Positions 10,300-19,999 are shown, counted from the first letter of the stretch. The stretch is DNA of 64,000 bases from an uncultured bacterium (GCA_963976625.1 CAXBLA010000004.1:95189-159188); one strand, 5' to 3'. Notes: generated from the letters alone by a model not told the origin. A program made the numbers and translations.

Positions 10300-11337
10300 A
10301 TGACTGAACCACAAAGCAGCAGCACTCCCTCCACCACACCCAGCGTCCCGCTGGTCCGCTGCGGGCTCGGCGGCGTGCTCATGGGGCTGGCCAACCTCGT
10401 CCCGGGGATCTCCGGGGGCACCATGCTCGTCGCCTGCGGCATCTACACCCTGTTCATCGACGCGGTCTCGGACATCACTCGTTTTCGATTCAGCCGACGC
10501 TCGATCACCGTTCTGGGCATGGTCGTGCTCGGGGCCATCATCGCCATCGGCGGGCTCGCCAGCACCATCCACTGGGCCCTGGTGCACCATCGCTGGGTGA
10601 TGTTCTCGATCTTCATCGGGCTCACGCTCGGGGGGATCCCGATCCTGTGGTCGCTGGCCAAGCCGATCAAGCGCGATTCGTACATCGGGATTGTGCTGGG
10701 CATCCTTGCCATGGGCGCGTTGGTCGTGCTCCAAGAAACCAGCAACAGCGGGTACGCGATGTCGGGCACGATTGGCTTTGTCGTCGGCGGCGCAGCCGCG
10801 GCCAGCGCGATGATCTTGCCGGGTGTGTCGGGCGCGTTTCTCTTGCTGTTGCTGGGGCTCTATGAGCCGATCATCGGCGCGATCAAGGACACCATCCATG
10901 CGCTCAAGGACGGCGATATCAGCGCCTTCATGGACCAGATGAGCGTGGTGATCCCCGTGGGGATCGGGGTGATCCTCGGCGTCGCGATCGTGAGCAATGT
11001 GCTCAAGTGGGTGCTGCACAAGTACGAACGCGTCACGCTCGGGGTGCTGCTCGGGCTGATCATCGCGGCCCCTGCCGGGCTGTATCCATTCCGTGAAGGC
11101 GTGATGCCCATCGTCGGCGATACGATCAAGGGCGAAGTCGTCACCGAAGAAAACCTCGCCGACATGCAGGCCCCCGACAACGCCAAGGACTGGAAGCAGG
11201 AAGCCTTCAAGCCCGCGGCCACCCAGATCATCGGCTCGCAGCTGCTGATAGTCCTCGGGTTCGCGATGACCGTCGGCATCGCTCGGGTCGGGCGATCGAG
11301 GGATGACTCGCCGTCGAGCGATCAAGAAACCACATAA
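10300..11337 (+). CDS. DUF368-family membrane protein (family implicated in undecaprenyl-phosphate translocation)
   Basis: GLANLVPGISGGTMLV and ILPGVSGAFLLLLLGLYEP are the duplicated DUF368 signature. The ATG at 10300 (MTEPQSS) avoids overlap with the convergent hydrolase gene. Confidence 0.8.
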   Translation: MTEPQSSSTPSTTPSVPLVRCGLGGVLMGLANLVPGISGGTMLVACGIYTLFIDAVSDITRFRFSRRSITVLGMVVLGAIIAIGGLASTIHWALVHHRWVMFSIFIGLTLGGIPILWSLAKPIKRDSYIGIVLGILAMGALVVLQETSNSGYAMSGTIGFVVGGAAAASAMILPGVSGAFLLLLLGLYEPIIGAIKDTIHALKDGDISAFMDQMSVVIPVGIGVILGVAIVSNVLKWVLHKYERVTLGVLLGLIIAAPAGLYPFREGVMPIVGDTIKGEVVTEENLADMQAPDNAKDWKQEAFKPAATQIIGSQLLIVLGFAMTVGIARVGRSRDDSPSSDQETT

Positions 11338-12443
11338 TCAATCGGTGTGCTGAGCCATCCGCCGAGCTTGGGGGCCGAGGAACGCAGGGCGTGCACAACT
11401 AGCACGACGCCGACGATGAAGGTGATCGCGGAGTAGGTCTGCCCGCGTGTCAATGGGCCGAACTGCGTCACGCCCGCATCGGGCAATCGGACGATGTCCA
11501 TCGGGATGCGCCCGAGCGCGTACACCATCGCAAAGACCCCCGCGACCAGCCCCGGCTTGCGTGGCTTCATCGCGACGATCCAGACCACCACCAGCACCAG
11601 CAACCCATCGAGCCCCGCCTGCATCAGCTGCGTCGGATAGCGGGCCGAGAGCAATGGTTCCAGCTGGGCTTTGAGCCCCGCATCCCCGCGTTGGATCCGA
11701 TCGAGCATCCGGGCGTAGCCCTGCTCCCAGTACTGTTCGCTCGGGAGCAATTGGTTCATCGAGAGCTGGATGATCTGATCGAACTGCTCGGGCGTCTGGG
11801 CGAGTTGCTCAGGTTCGAGCCCCGCGGTGATCTCCTGCGGATAGCGCACCGCCCACCACGGGGCGTTTTCGCCGGGCTTCGCAATAATGGCGCCCAAGAG
11901 TTCGCCGTTGATAAAGTTGGCCACGCGCCCGAAGAACAGGCCGAGGGGCGCGAGGAGCACCGCGGTATCGAACACATGGAGTACCGAGCAGCGACCTTCG
12001 ATCTTGCCCGATTGGTCTTTGAACCCACGCGAGATGCGCCAGCACGCGAGCATGCACCCGAGGATGCCCCCGTGCGAGGCCATGCCGCCGTTGTTGATCG
12101 CCAGCACACCCCACCACGGCGCGCTGCTCATGAACTTGGTCAGCAGCGCGGGCTCGTAGCCGATGACATAGAACAAACGCCCGCCGATGAGCGTGCCCAG
12201 GATGAGGTACATCATCGCGTCGCCGATCCGGTCTTTGGGCACCAGCGTCGCGTTTCGATTGCTCAAGAACCGCAACAGCAGGTATGCGCAGACAAAGCCC
12301 AATGCGTACGAGAGCCCGTAGTAGCGCACACCAAATGTGGGCGTGAAGCGGAACAAGAACGGCGAGAGATCGTGGAACCAGCCGCCCAGTGATTGGGCTG
12401 ATGAGCTCGTCGTGGTTTGAAGGATGGTACTCAGCATGTGCAC
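11322..12443 (-). CDS. lgt: Prolipoprotein diacylglyceryl transferase
   Basis: YGLSYALGFVCAYLLL, GGRLFYV, NNGGMASHGGILG and FGRVANFINGELLG are Lgt signature blocks. Confidence 0.9.
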   Translation of the reverse strand: MHMLSTILQTTTSSSAQSLGGWFHDLSPFLFRFTPTFGVRYYGLSYALGFVCAYLLLRFLSNRNATLVPKDRIGDAMMYLILGTLIGGRLFYVIGYEPALLTKFMSSAPWWGVLAINNGGMASHGGILGCMLACWRISRGFKDQSGKIEGRCSVLHVFDTAVLLAPLGLFFGRVANFINGELLGAIIAKPGENAPWWAVRYPQEITAGLEPEQLAQTPEQFDQIIQLSMNQLLPSEQYWEQGYARMLDRIQRGDAGLKAQLEPLLSARYPTQLMQAGLDGLLVLVVVWIVAMKPRKPGLVAGVFAMVYALGRIPMDIVRLPDAGVTQFGPLTRGQTYSAITFIVGVVLVVHALRSSAPKLGGWLSTPIDYVVS

Positions 12444-13255
12444 GGGCTCGCGATGATCTCGGGGGCGGGCTTGGGCACGCTGATGCCAAAGAACGCTTCG
12501 GTGTTGGTGTCGATCTGCTCGTGGAACTCGGCAAAGTCAGTGTTGCGGATCTTGGCAAGGAACTCGGCGGTGTAGCGGGCAAACCCGGGCATGCACGGGC
12601 GTGTGCCCCGCTTGGGATCGGGCGCCAAGAACGGTGAATCAGTCTCCACCAATATCCGATCGCTCGGGACGAGCTTGGCGGCCTCGGCGACCTCGCGGGC
12701 GTTCTTGTAAGTCACCACGCCGGTAAACGAGATCATCGCCCCGAAGTCGAGCACCTTGCGCGCTTCGTCGGGGCTGCCGGTGAAGCAATGGAATACATAA
12801 CGCGACTGGTCGAGCGTGCTCGCTCGCAGGATCGGGAGCAGATCATCGAAAGCCTCTCGGCAGTGGATCACGATGGGCAGGTCGATGCCGTCACCCTTGC
12901 ACGACTCGATAAACGCGAGTTGAGTCGCCAATACAGGGTCTTGGATCGCCCGGACCGGGCGGCTGTGCTTGTTATCGAGCCCGAGCTCGCCCCACGCGAC
13001 GCATTTTTTATCTTTGGCGATCTCACGGATCGCGTTCCAATCGTGCGGCTCCTTGTCGGCATACAGAGGATGCACCCCGGCGGTGCACCAGACATGCTCG
13101 TGCTCCTTGGCGACGCGGAGAGCGTCGTGGGAGTCGGCGGTGGTCGTGGCGATCGTGATCACCCCCATGACCCCGGCGCTGGCCGCGTGCTCAAGCACCT
13201 GGTCAATCCGCCCGGCGTAGTCAGGAAAGGTGAGATGCGCGTGCGTGTCGATCAT
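12431..13255 (-). CDS. tatD: TatD-family metal-dependent hydrolase/DNase
   Basis: The ATG at 13255 gives MIDTHAHLTFPDY..., then WGELGLD, IVIHCREAF, FHCFTG and LVETDSPFLAP. The upstream part of the 546-aa ORF is antisense to nnrD and was discarded. Confidence 0.85.
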   Translation of the reverse strand: MIDTHAHLTFPDYAGRIDQVLEHAASAGVMGVITIATTTADSHDALRVAKEHEHVWCTAGVHPLYADKEPHDWNAIREIAKDKKCVAWGELGLDNKHSRPVRAIQDPVLATQLAFIESCKGDGIDLPIVIHCREAFDDLLPILRASTLDQSRYVFHCFTGSPDEARKVLDFGAMISFTGVVTYKNAREVAEAAKLVPSDRILVETDSPFLAPDPKRGTRPCMPGFARYTAEFLAKIRNTDFAEFHEQIDTNTEAFFGISVPKPAPEIIASPCTC

Positions 13256-13313
13256 GCCCGGATCATAGGGGCTCAGGCGGGCGATATGCTCACCGAGAAC
13301 CCCGCCAGTTTGC

Positions 13314-14315
13314 GTGCAACAATCCACCATGGACGCACAACGCATCGACTCACTCCCGAATCTCCCCGCCCGCCCGATCGATGGGCACAAGGGCACCTTT
13401 GGCTCGGTCGGCATCGTCGGCGGGTGCGCCCGGGTGCAAACTGAAGATACACCCGATGACCGACCCGAAGATGGGCCTAAAAACGCATGGCCGGCGGTCA
13501 TGCTCGGGGCTCCGGCCCTGGCCGCGATGGGCGCGATCCGCGCCGGGTGTGGTCTTGTGAAGATCGCGGCTCCAGCCCCGATCATCGAAGCCGTGCTCAC
13601 GCTTGCGCCGTTTGCGACGGGTTTCGGGGTCGAGGTCGATGAGCAGCGGGCGATGATCCCCTCGCAGGCAGCCGCCATCACCGACAAGCTTGTGCGCACA
13701 ACCCAGGCGCTCATCGTCGGCCCTGGGTTCGGCAGCGGGCCGGAAATCGATCGGCTCATAGCGCGACTGATCACGCAAGAAGACACACCGATGGTGGTCG
13801 ATGCTGATGCGCTCAATGCGTTGTCGCGGATCCCGGACTTCGCCGTTGATGTCCGCGCGACCATGATCCTCACGCCGCACCCGGGCGAGGCTCGTCGGCT
13901 CTTGGATGCACTCAATCTGAAGGGCAACCCGGACGGAGATGACAACGAGCGAGCGAAGGCCTGCATCGCCCTCGCCCAGCGGATCGGGTGCATTGTCGTG
14001 CTCAAGGGAAAGGGCACCGTCGTCAGCGACGGGCACCGGATGTGGACCTGCACACGCGGGCACCCGGCCATGGGCGTCGGCGGGACGGGCGATGTGCTCA
14101 GCGGGGTGATTGGATCGCTGGTCGCCCAAACTCGGGCGAACCCGGCGGCTCACAAAGCTATTGACCTGTTCACAGCGTGCGCGATCGGGGTGCAGGCGCA
14201 CGCGATGGCCGGCGAGCGATGGGCCGATCAGCACCACGCGAGCGGCGGCATGATCGCCAGTGAGCTAGCCGACGAGTGCGTGGCGGCGATTGAATCCCTC
14301 AGAGCGAAGAGCTAA
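13314..14315 (+). CDS. nnrD: ADP-dependent NAD(P)H-hydrate dehydratase (YjeF C-terminal family)
   Basis: HKGTFGSVGIVGG, VVDADALN, ILTPHPGEARRL, VVLKGKGTVV and GVGGTGDVLSGVIG. Confidence 0.85.
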   Translation: MQQSTMDAQRIDSLPNLPARPIDGHKGTFGSVGIVGGCARVQTEDTPDDRPEDGPKNAWPAVMLGAPALAAMGAIRAGCGLVKIAAPAPIIEAVLTLAPFATGFGVEVDEQRAMIPSQAAAITDKLVRTTQALIVGPGFGSGPEIDRLIARLITQEDTPMVVDADALNALSRIPDFAVDVRATMILTPHPGEARRLLDALNLKGNPDGDDNERAKACIALAQRIGCIVVLKGKGTVVSDGHRMWTCTRGHPAMGVGGTGDVLSGVIGSLVAQTRANPAAHKAIDLFTACAIGVQAHAMAGERWADQHHASGGMIASELADECVAAIESLRAKS

Positions 14316-14318
14316 TCC

Positions 14319-15572
14319 TTAAAGCTGGTTCTCGAGCGAGTCCTTGATCATCTTGCGCATCATGTTGATCTGGCGTTCGCTCATGCCGGTGTCTTCGATA
14401 TTGACCCGCATGGCCGGGGCCCAGGTGTCGCCGCTGGGGGTGTAGCCCATGTCGTTGACGATGGTTTCTTCGATGCCCGGCATGTGGGCCGCGCCGTAGA
14501 AGATGGCGATGCTCTTGGCGTTCGGGTTGTCGTTGAGCTCTGCCTTGAGGTAGTCGATCACGATGTCGTTGCGTCCGTGGAGGATCACATCCTGCATCGC
14601 GTCCATCTGGGCCATCATCTCGCTGCTCTCGGCGAGGGCGAGCATATCCATCATCGCCAGCTTCATCATCGTCGACAAGGCCGGCGAACGCTCGATGAAC
14701 TTGAGCACGAACCCGATGACCTTGGCCTGGAATGAGTTGCCCTCAAGGAGCTTGAGGATCATCGCGTTGTCCTCGCCCATCTCGGAGAGCTGATCTTGGA
14801 GCGTCTCAATGTCGATGTCCGCGTTGATCCAGCCCTTGCCGGTCATGTCCATCTCGTCGAGCTGGAACGACACATGCAATGCGTCGGCCATCTGCGATTG
14901 GATCCCCGCAGCGGCGGCCTTTCGTTTTTTATCGCTTGGCAGGCGGGACTCGGTGCTGCGGACGATGTCGGCGTTGAGCCCCTCGCCGTCGCGAAGCCCG
15001 TCTGCACCAAGGGAGGTGAACCCGAAGGTCTGCTTGGTGAGCTTATTGAGTTTGTAGGAGGTCGAGGTGGTGGTGCCGATGTTGTACCCCCAGCCGTCGG
15101 TGCGGATCGAGGTGATCACGCCGGCGACCCGCGCGTCGGAGTGCTCGACCATGTCGGTCCAGTCCTCGGGCAGTCGCCCGTTCTTCTCGTAGAATCCGTC
15201 GGCGATCTCGACGAGCAGCTCAAGGCGCTTGGCCGTTGCGTCGGCCTTCTCTTGATCGCTCAGCTCGTGACCGATCGCATCGAGCCCCGCGGGCTTGACG
15301 CCCTCGAAGAGCACGGAGTCGTAGGTCTCGAGCACGCGCTGCATCTGGTCGTAGAAGGATTGGTCCGCGATGTGGATCGCCGAGACGAGGTGGATCGTGG
15401 GTCCATCGCCATCGGCGGGCGCGAACGCGCGTTCGCACATCTCGAGGACCACTTCGCCGTTATCGAGCTCAGAGACGCGGGTGTAGGGCTCGGTATCGCC
15501 AACGGACGCTCCGCCGAGGGCGAAAGTACAGGAGGTTGCAAGGAGGGCGATGTTTTGGATCGTTCGGCGCAT
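14319..15572 (-). CDS. Secreted GumN/TraB-like protein with an internal GspG-like (pseudopilin C-terminal) segment
   Basis: It has an N-terminal signal peptide. IHLVSAIHIAD..FY, HGRNDIVIDYL and IAIFYGAAHMPG resemble GumN/TraB blocks. The internal WGYNIG...FTSLGADGLRDGEGLNADIV resembles the T2SS GspG C-terminal SLGADGxxGGxGxxxDI motif. Confidence 0.45.
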   Translation of the reverse strand: MRRTIQNIALLATSCTFALGGASVGDTEPYTRVSELDNGEVVLEMCERAFAPADGDGPTIHLVSAIHIADQSFYDQMQRVLETYDSVLFEGVKPAGLDAIGHELSDQEKADATAKRLELLVEIADGFYEKNGRLPEDWTDMVEHSDARVAGVITSIRTDGWGYNIGTTTSTSYKLNKLTKQTFGFTSLGADGLRDGEGLNADIVRSTESRLPSDKKRKAAAAGIQSQMADALHVSFQLDEMDMTGKGWINADIDIETLQDQLSEMGEDNAMILKLLEGNSFQAKVIGFVLKFIERSPALSTMMKLAMMDMLALAESSEMMAQMDAMQDVILHGRNDIVIDYLKAELNDNPNAKSIAIFYGAAHMPGIEETIVNDMGYTPSGDTWAPAMRVNIEDTGMSERQINMMRKMIKDSLENQL

Positions 15573-15624
15573 AGGTGGGCTCCAGAAGTGAACTTATATC
15601 ACTTATGGTACCACACTCAAGCCC

Positions 15625-16776
15625 TTAAGATGCAGCGTGCGTCGCGTTCTTTGCGGCTACCAGCTCGCTTGCGAGCGTCGAAATCGCGTGTGTGAGCACA
15701 TCGATCGAGCGTTGGTACTCGTCGAGGGGCAGGTGCTCGATGGGGGTATGGTCGAGCGAGCTATCGCCGGGCCCATAGGCGGCGATCGGGCATTGCCAGA
15801 CCGGGGCGACGACATTGAGATCCGCAGTGCCGGTCTTGAGCTTGGGGTGCGGGCGCATGGAGCAGGTGCGGATAGCCGACGAGAGCGCCCGGACGACCGG
15901 ATCATTGCGGGTCGTCGCGTGCGCACGCTCGGCCCCATCGAACTCGATCGTCACATGCTCGTTGCACAGTGCGGTGACCTGTTCGATCAGCGTCTCCGGG
16001 TCCATCGCCGGCGGCAGGCGGAACCCGGCGTTGAACACCGATCGCTGCTCCATGCCGTCGCAGGTCGAGGTCATGTCGCTGATGGTGGCCTGGATCTGAT
16101 CGAAGGTGCGGGTGGGTTCTTGATTGAATGACTCGACCAACGCAAGCACGCCGCTCCACCACGCGATGATCTCATCGCTCGCTGATGGATCCTTGCCGGC
16201 CGAGTGCGTGTTTGGACAGACGGCGGTGGCTCTGGCGAGGAGGCGACCTTTGTAGCCAAGTGTGACGCCATTGGAAGCGCTGGGCTCGCCGATCAGGCAG
16301 GCGTCGGGCTTCCATAGCGGCGCAAGATGCCGCGCACCGATCGACCCCGCGGCTTCCTCCCCCACCGCACCGGCGATGGTCAGGCGGACGCCCTCTGGGA
16401 GTTCGGCTCTCGAACCGGCGATGAGCATCGCCGAGATCGGGCCCTTGGCATCGACCGATCCGCGCCCGTGCAAGACGCCGTCCTCGATGCGCACCGGGAT
16501 ATCGCCCGGCACGGTGTCGATGTGCCCGAGGCACACGATGTGGACCAGTGCATCATCAGAGGTGGCCCCGCGGTGTGCGATCGCGTTGCCGACCTCGTCG
16601 ATGCTCGAATCCAACCCCAGGGCGCGGGCGTACCGGTCAAACACGACTGCGGCGGGTCCCTCTTCGCCGGAGAAGCTCTTGGCCGAAACGAGATCAAACA
16701 ACAAATCGGGTGCCTGATCGTGCCCTTGCCCTTGCCCAATGGGTTGACTCGTTGGTTGGATCTCTGAATCGCTCAC
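15625..16776 (-). CDS. lysK: M20 peptidase, [LysW]-lysine/ornithine hydrolase (ArgE/LysK-like)
   Basis: GHIDTVPG and GRGSVDAKG metal-site motifs. It is the last gene of the lysW-X-Y-Z operon and has a 4-nt overlap with lysZ. Confidence 0.75.
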   Translation of the reverse strand: MSDSEIQPTSQPIGQGQGHDQAPDLLFDLVSAKSFSGEEGPAAVVFDRYARALGLDSSIDEVGNAIAHRGATSDDALVHIVCLGHIDTVPGDIPVRIEDGVLHGRGSVDAKGPISAMLIAGSRAELPEGVRLTIAGAVGEEAAGSIGARHLAPLWKPDACLIGEPSASNGVTLGYKGRLLARATAVCPNTHSAGKDPSASDEIIAWWSGVLALVESFNQEPTRTFDQIQATISDMTSTCDGMEQRSVFNAGFRLPPAMDPETLIEQVTALCNEHVTIEFDGAERAHATTRNDPVVRALSSAIRTCSMRPHPKLKTGTADLNVVAPVWQCPIAAYGPGDSSLDHTPIEHLPLDEYQRSIDVLTHAISTLASELVAAKNATHAAS

Positions 16777-17639
16777 TTGGCCACCCCTTGGATGAACAGC
16801 GTGCCCCCGCCCGCGCGGGCGTGTTCGATGGGACGCTCGCCGCCGGCCGAGCCGATCGTCACGCGGGCGACGCCGCCGGAGATCGCTTCTTGTGCGGCCA
16901 GCACCTTGTTCTTCATGCGCCCCTTGGCGGCTTCTTGTGCTTCGGGCATGCGCTCTTCGTCCACGACATCGATCATCGAGCCCATGTCCGTGTGGTCGCG
17001 GAGCAAGCCGGGCACATTCGAGAGCAGGAGCAGCTCGTCGGCCCCCAATGCCTTGGCGGTCGCGGCGGCGGCGCGATCGGCATCGACATTGATCGCGATG
17101 CCATCTGGTGTGATCGCCGGCGGGGTGAGCACGGGCACGCGCCCGCTCGCCAAGATCATGTTGAGAAAATCAGCATCGACGGACTCGACCCTGCCCGAGA
17201 GATCATCGCGGATCACAATCGTGCGTCCGTCTTCGACCGCGCGGATCGCGGACTTGCGGGTGCCGATCCAGATGCCCGCGTCGATCCCCGAGAGCCCGAC
17301 GGCGTCGACGCCGGCCTTGCGGAGGTCTTCGACGACGGTCTTGTTGACCTTGCCGCAGTAGATCATCTTGAAGATGTCGAGCGTCTGGCGATCGGTCCGG
17401 CGAGACTGGTTGCCGCTGGGGCTCACGATGGTCTTGGTCGGGTGCCCGAGGGCCTCGGCGAGCTGGTTCGTCTCGTGCGAGCCGCCATGGACGAGCACGA
17501 CGCGGACACCAGACTGGGTGAGCTCGACGATCTCGTTGGTCAGCGCGGTGGGGTCGATCCCTTCGCCGCCGCCGATCTTGATGACGATGGTGTGGTCTGC
17601 ATTTTGAGTTGGTAGTGACATGTGCATTCCTGTGTACAA
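16773..17639 (-). CDS. lysZ: [LysW]-aminoadipate/glutamate kinase (amino-acid kinase family, ArgB/LysZ)
   Basis: IVIKIGGG, VLVHGGSHETNQ and the acetylglutamate-kinase-like layout, plus operon context. Confidence 0.8.
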   Translation of the reverse strand: MYTGMHMSLPTQNADHTIVIKIGGGEGIDPTALTNEIVELTQSGVRVVLVHGGSHETNQLAEALGHPTKTIVSPSGNQSRRTDRQTLDIFKMIYCGKVNKTVVEDLRKAGVDAVGLSGIDAGIWIGTRKSAIRAVEDGRTIVIRDDLSGRVESVDADFLNMILASGRVPVLTPPAITPDGIAINVDADRAAAATAKALGADELLLLSNVPGLLRDHTDMGSMIDVVDEERMPEAQEAAKGRMKNKVLAAQEAISGGVARVTIGSAGGERPIEHARAGGGTLFIQGVAK

Positions 17640-17645
17640 ATCGGT

Positions 17646-18695
17646 TTAGGCCGGGTGCAATCCCGGGAAGGTGAGCCCGCTGGTCTCGGGGAGCCCGAGC
17701 GCGAGGTTCATGGACTGGATCGCTGAGCCCGCGGCTCCCTTGACCAAGTTATCGATCGCGCTGATCGACACAATCCGCCCCGAGCGTGGGTCGATCGAGA
17801 ACCCGACATCGACATGGTTCGAGCCAACGAGCACGCGTGGATCGGGGAACTTGTTGGGCCCCGAGCGGTCGGCGACCACGCGGACGAACGGCTCGTCCTT
17901 GTAGGCTTGGCGGTAGAGCTTCCAGAGTTCCTTGGTCTCGATGCGTTCGGTGGGCTCGATGTGGACGGTGCACAGGACGCCTCGGACCATGTCGATCGCG
18001 GTGACGGTGGCGTCGAGGTCCATCTCGCCGAGTGACTGGAAGACCTCGGCCAGGTGGCGGTGCCCAGAGGGGCTGTAGGTCCGCGCGGTGCGTGCACGCA
18101 CCGGGTGGTGCGAGCCCGGGCCCGGATCTGCGCCTGCCTCAGACGAGCCGACCTTGATGTCCGCGATGGCCCGCTTGATCAGACCGGCCCGGGCCATCGG
18201 CAAGAGCGCCAGCGTCATGGCGGTGGCGTTGCAACCTACGCCCGAGATCAGCTTGGCCCCGGCGAGCTTGTCGCGGGCGATCTCGGGCAGGCCATAGGTG
18301 GCATCAGCCAGGGCAGAGGGTGTTGGATGCTCATCCCCGTACCATAACTGATAGTTGGCGGCGTCGCGCAGACGGAAGTCGGCCGAGAGGTCGATGACCA
18401 ACGGCGCCAGTGCTCGCCAGCGATCGATCTCTCCCGCGGCTTTGCCGTGGGGCATGCACAAGAAGAGCACATCGCAGGGCTGAAGATCGTCGGGCAGGCT
18501 GTAGGTGGTGCTCAGGTGCCCACGCAGGTTCGGATGCGAGCGATGGATCGGCTGGCCCTTGAGCTTGCGCGAAGTCACCTGACCGACTTCCATGTTCGGA
18601 TGCGTGGTCAGCAGGCGGAGCAGCTCGCCGCCGGTATAGCCCGAGCCCCCGATGATCGAAGCCCGGAACGGGCCGACGGATTGCTGATCGCTCAT
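17646..18695 (-). CDS. lysY: [LysW]-aminoadipyl/glutamyl-phosphate reductase (ArgC/LysY)
   Basis: The ATG at 18695 gives MSDQQSVGPFRASIIGGSGYTGGELLRLL. The catalytic region is SGVGCNATA. It has an ATGA overlap with the lysX stop (18692-18695). Confidence 0.85.
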   Translation of the reverse strand: MSDQQSVGPFRASIIGGSGYTGGELLRLLTTHPNMEVGQVTSRKLKGQPIHRSHPNLRGHLSTTYSLPDDLQPCDVLFLCMPHGKAAGEIDRWRALAPLVIDLSADFRLRDAANYQLWYGDEHPTPSALADATYGLPEIARDKLAGAKLISGVGCNATAMTLALLPMARAGLIKRAIADIKVGSSEAGADPGPGSHHPVRARTARTYSPSGHRHLAEVFQSLGEMDLDATVTAIDMVRGVLCTVHIEPTERIETKELWKLYRQAYKDEPFVRVVADRSGPNKFPDPRVLVGSNHVDVGFSIDPRSGRIVSISAIDNLVKGAAGSAIQSMNLALGLPETSGLTFPGLHPA

Positions 18696-19564
18696 GCCAC
18701 CACCGCCTCTTCGGCGATCTGGGCCGCGTGGCGGGCGACGCACTCGGCGATGTTCACGCCCGTGGTCTCCATCGAGTTGCGGAACTCCATCGAGTGGTTC
18801 ATCTCGTTGACGAGCAGCCCACGCACTGGGCATTCGAGCAGATCGACCGCGACGATGTCGGCACCGGTGGTGTTGGCCGCATTGAGGGAGATCTCGCGGA
18901 GCTCATCGGTGAGCTCCAAGCCCTCGGCCGTCGCCCCGCGGGCGGTGTTGGTCACCCAGTGGGCGCTGTGGCGGACGATGCCGGCGATGGCTTCTCCACC
19001 AACCACGAACACGCGAATATCTCGGTCTGGCTTGTTGATGTGTTCCTGGATGTAGAACACATTTTGAGACGCAGAACCGAGTGTTTCGCGGTGCTCGAGG
19101 ATGGCTTCGGCCGCATCGCGGTCGTTGATTCTCGCGACGAGCCGACCCCATGATCCGACGGTTGGCTTGATGACGGCTGGGTACCCGATGGCCTCGACGG
19201 CTTCGAGCCCGGATATGGCATTGGTCGCCACGCGGACCTGAGGCGTCGGGACGCCCGCACGCACAAGTGCGAGGGTCGTCGCGAGCTTGTCGGCGCAGAC
19301 TTCGATGGCCGACAATGGATTGATGCAGCGGACGCCGAAGCTTTCGAGGATCCGCACGGAGTTCATCGAGTTGGTCAGACTCAGCGATCGATCGATCACC
19401 GCGTCGTAGTCCCCCCACTTTTGTGGGCCGTCCATCGGGTCCATGGGGTTGAAAACGGCGTTCTTCAACTCGATGGGGGTGACTTGGACACCGATCCCCT
19501 CGAACGCATCGAGGAGCATCCGCTCTTCGGTGCGGAGTCTGGTGTATGTCATGGCGATTCGCAT
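18692..19564 (-). CDS. lysX: ATP-grasp ligase LysX ([LysW] alpha-aminoadipate/glutamate ligase, RimK-like)
   Basis: MRIAMTYTRLRTEERMLLDAFE has a LysX-type N-terminus, followed by ATP-grasp blocks (PAVIKPTVGSWGR, FYIQEHI, VDLLE). Confidence 0.85.
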   Translation of the reverse strand: MRIAMTYTRLRTEERMLLDAFEGIGVQVTPIELKNAVFNPMDPMDGPQKWGDYDAVIDRSLSLTNSMNSVRILESFGVRCINPLSAIEVCADKLATTLALVRAGVPTPQVRVATNAISGLEAVEAIGYPAVIKPTVGSWGRLVARINDRDAAEAILEHRETLGSASQNVFYIQEHINKPDRDIRVFVVGGEAIAGIVRHSAHWVTNTARGATAEGLELTDELREISLNAANTTGADIVAVDLLECPVRGLLVNEMNHSMEFRNSMETTGVNIAECVARHAAQIAEEAVVA

Positions 19565-19669
19565 GCGCTGATCCTCTGCTCTTCTCTACTGGTGCGTGTG
19601 GCCGATGGCCTGTTTCAGGCGATCGGACGCTCCCAGAAGGCAGCGGACGATCGCGGCTGCGGTTCTGGC

Positions 19670-19855
19670 TTATTCGCCCCAGTCTTCTTCGACTTCTGGT
19701 GCGAGTTCGAGCTCGATGGGCTCAACGCTGATGACTTCGAGCTCTGATGAGCAGTCGGTGCAGTGTGCGATCTCGCCGGCGAGGGGTGCACGATCGAACT
19801 CGACGCTGGCGTCACACTCTGGGCAGGTCGCGGCGATGATGGTTGCTGATGACAT
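19670..19855 (-). CDS. lysW: Amino-group carrier protein LysW
   Basis: 61 aa with a zinc ribbon (CPECD...CTDC) and an acidic tail ending EVEEDWGE. The EDWGE C-terminus is the LysW hallmark. An AAGGAGA ribosome-binding site precedes the ATG. Confidence 0.9.
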   Translation of the reverse strand: MSSATIIAATCPECDASVEFDRAPLAGEIAHCTDCSSELEVISVEPIELELAPEVEEDWGE

Positions 19856-19932
19856 TGGTAATCTCCTTGGTTAGGTGTGCCCCGGAGGGCGGTTTGGTTC
19901 TGTGTATTCGGTCTGGACTGGTTTGAAACGGT

Positions 19933-19966
19933 ATAAAAAAACACCCCTGATGAATCGTCAGGGGTG
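19933..19966 (-). terminator. Intrinsic terminator between the mini-ORF and lysW
   Basis: On the minus strand it reads CACCCCTGA-cgattca-TCAGGGGTG: a 9-bp GC-rich stem with a 7-nt loop, followed directly by TTTTTTTT. Confidence 0.7.
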
Positions 19967-19999
19967 CAATCGTCTTTGGCTTTGGCTTTTTGAGCTGTA

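Noticed and set aside
13256-14071. N-terminal 272 aa of the 546-aa ORF 12431-14071
   Set aside because: This part is antisense to nnrD and Ser/Ala/Arg-rich. The TatD homology starts exactly at the ATG at 13255 (MIDTHAHL).
19856-19932. Looked for a lysine riboswitch (L-box) in the lysW 5' region
   Set aside because: The untranslated stretch is far too short (77 nt after the terminator), and I saw no L-box-like conserved helices.
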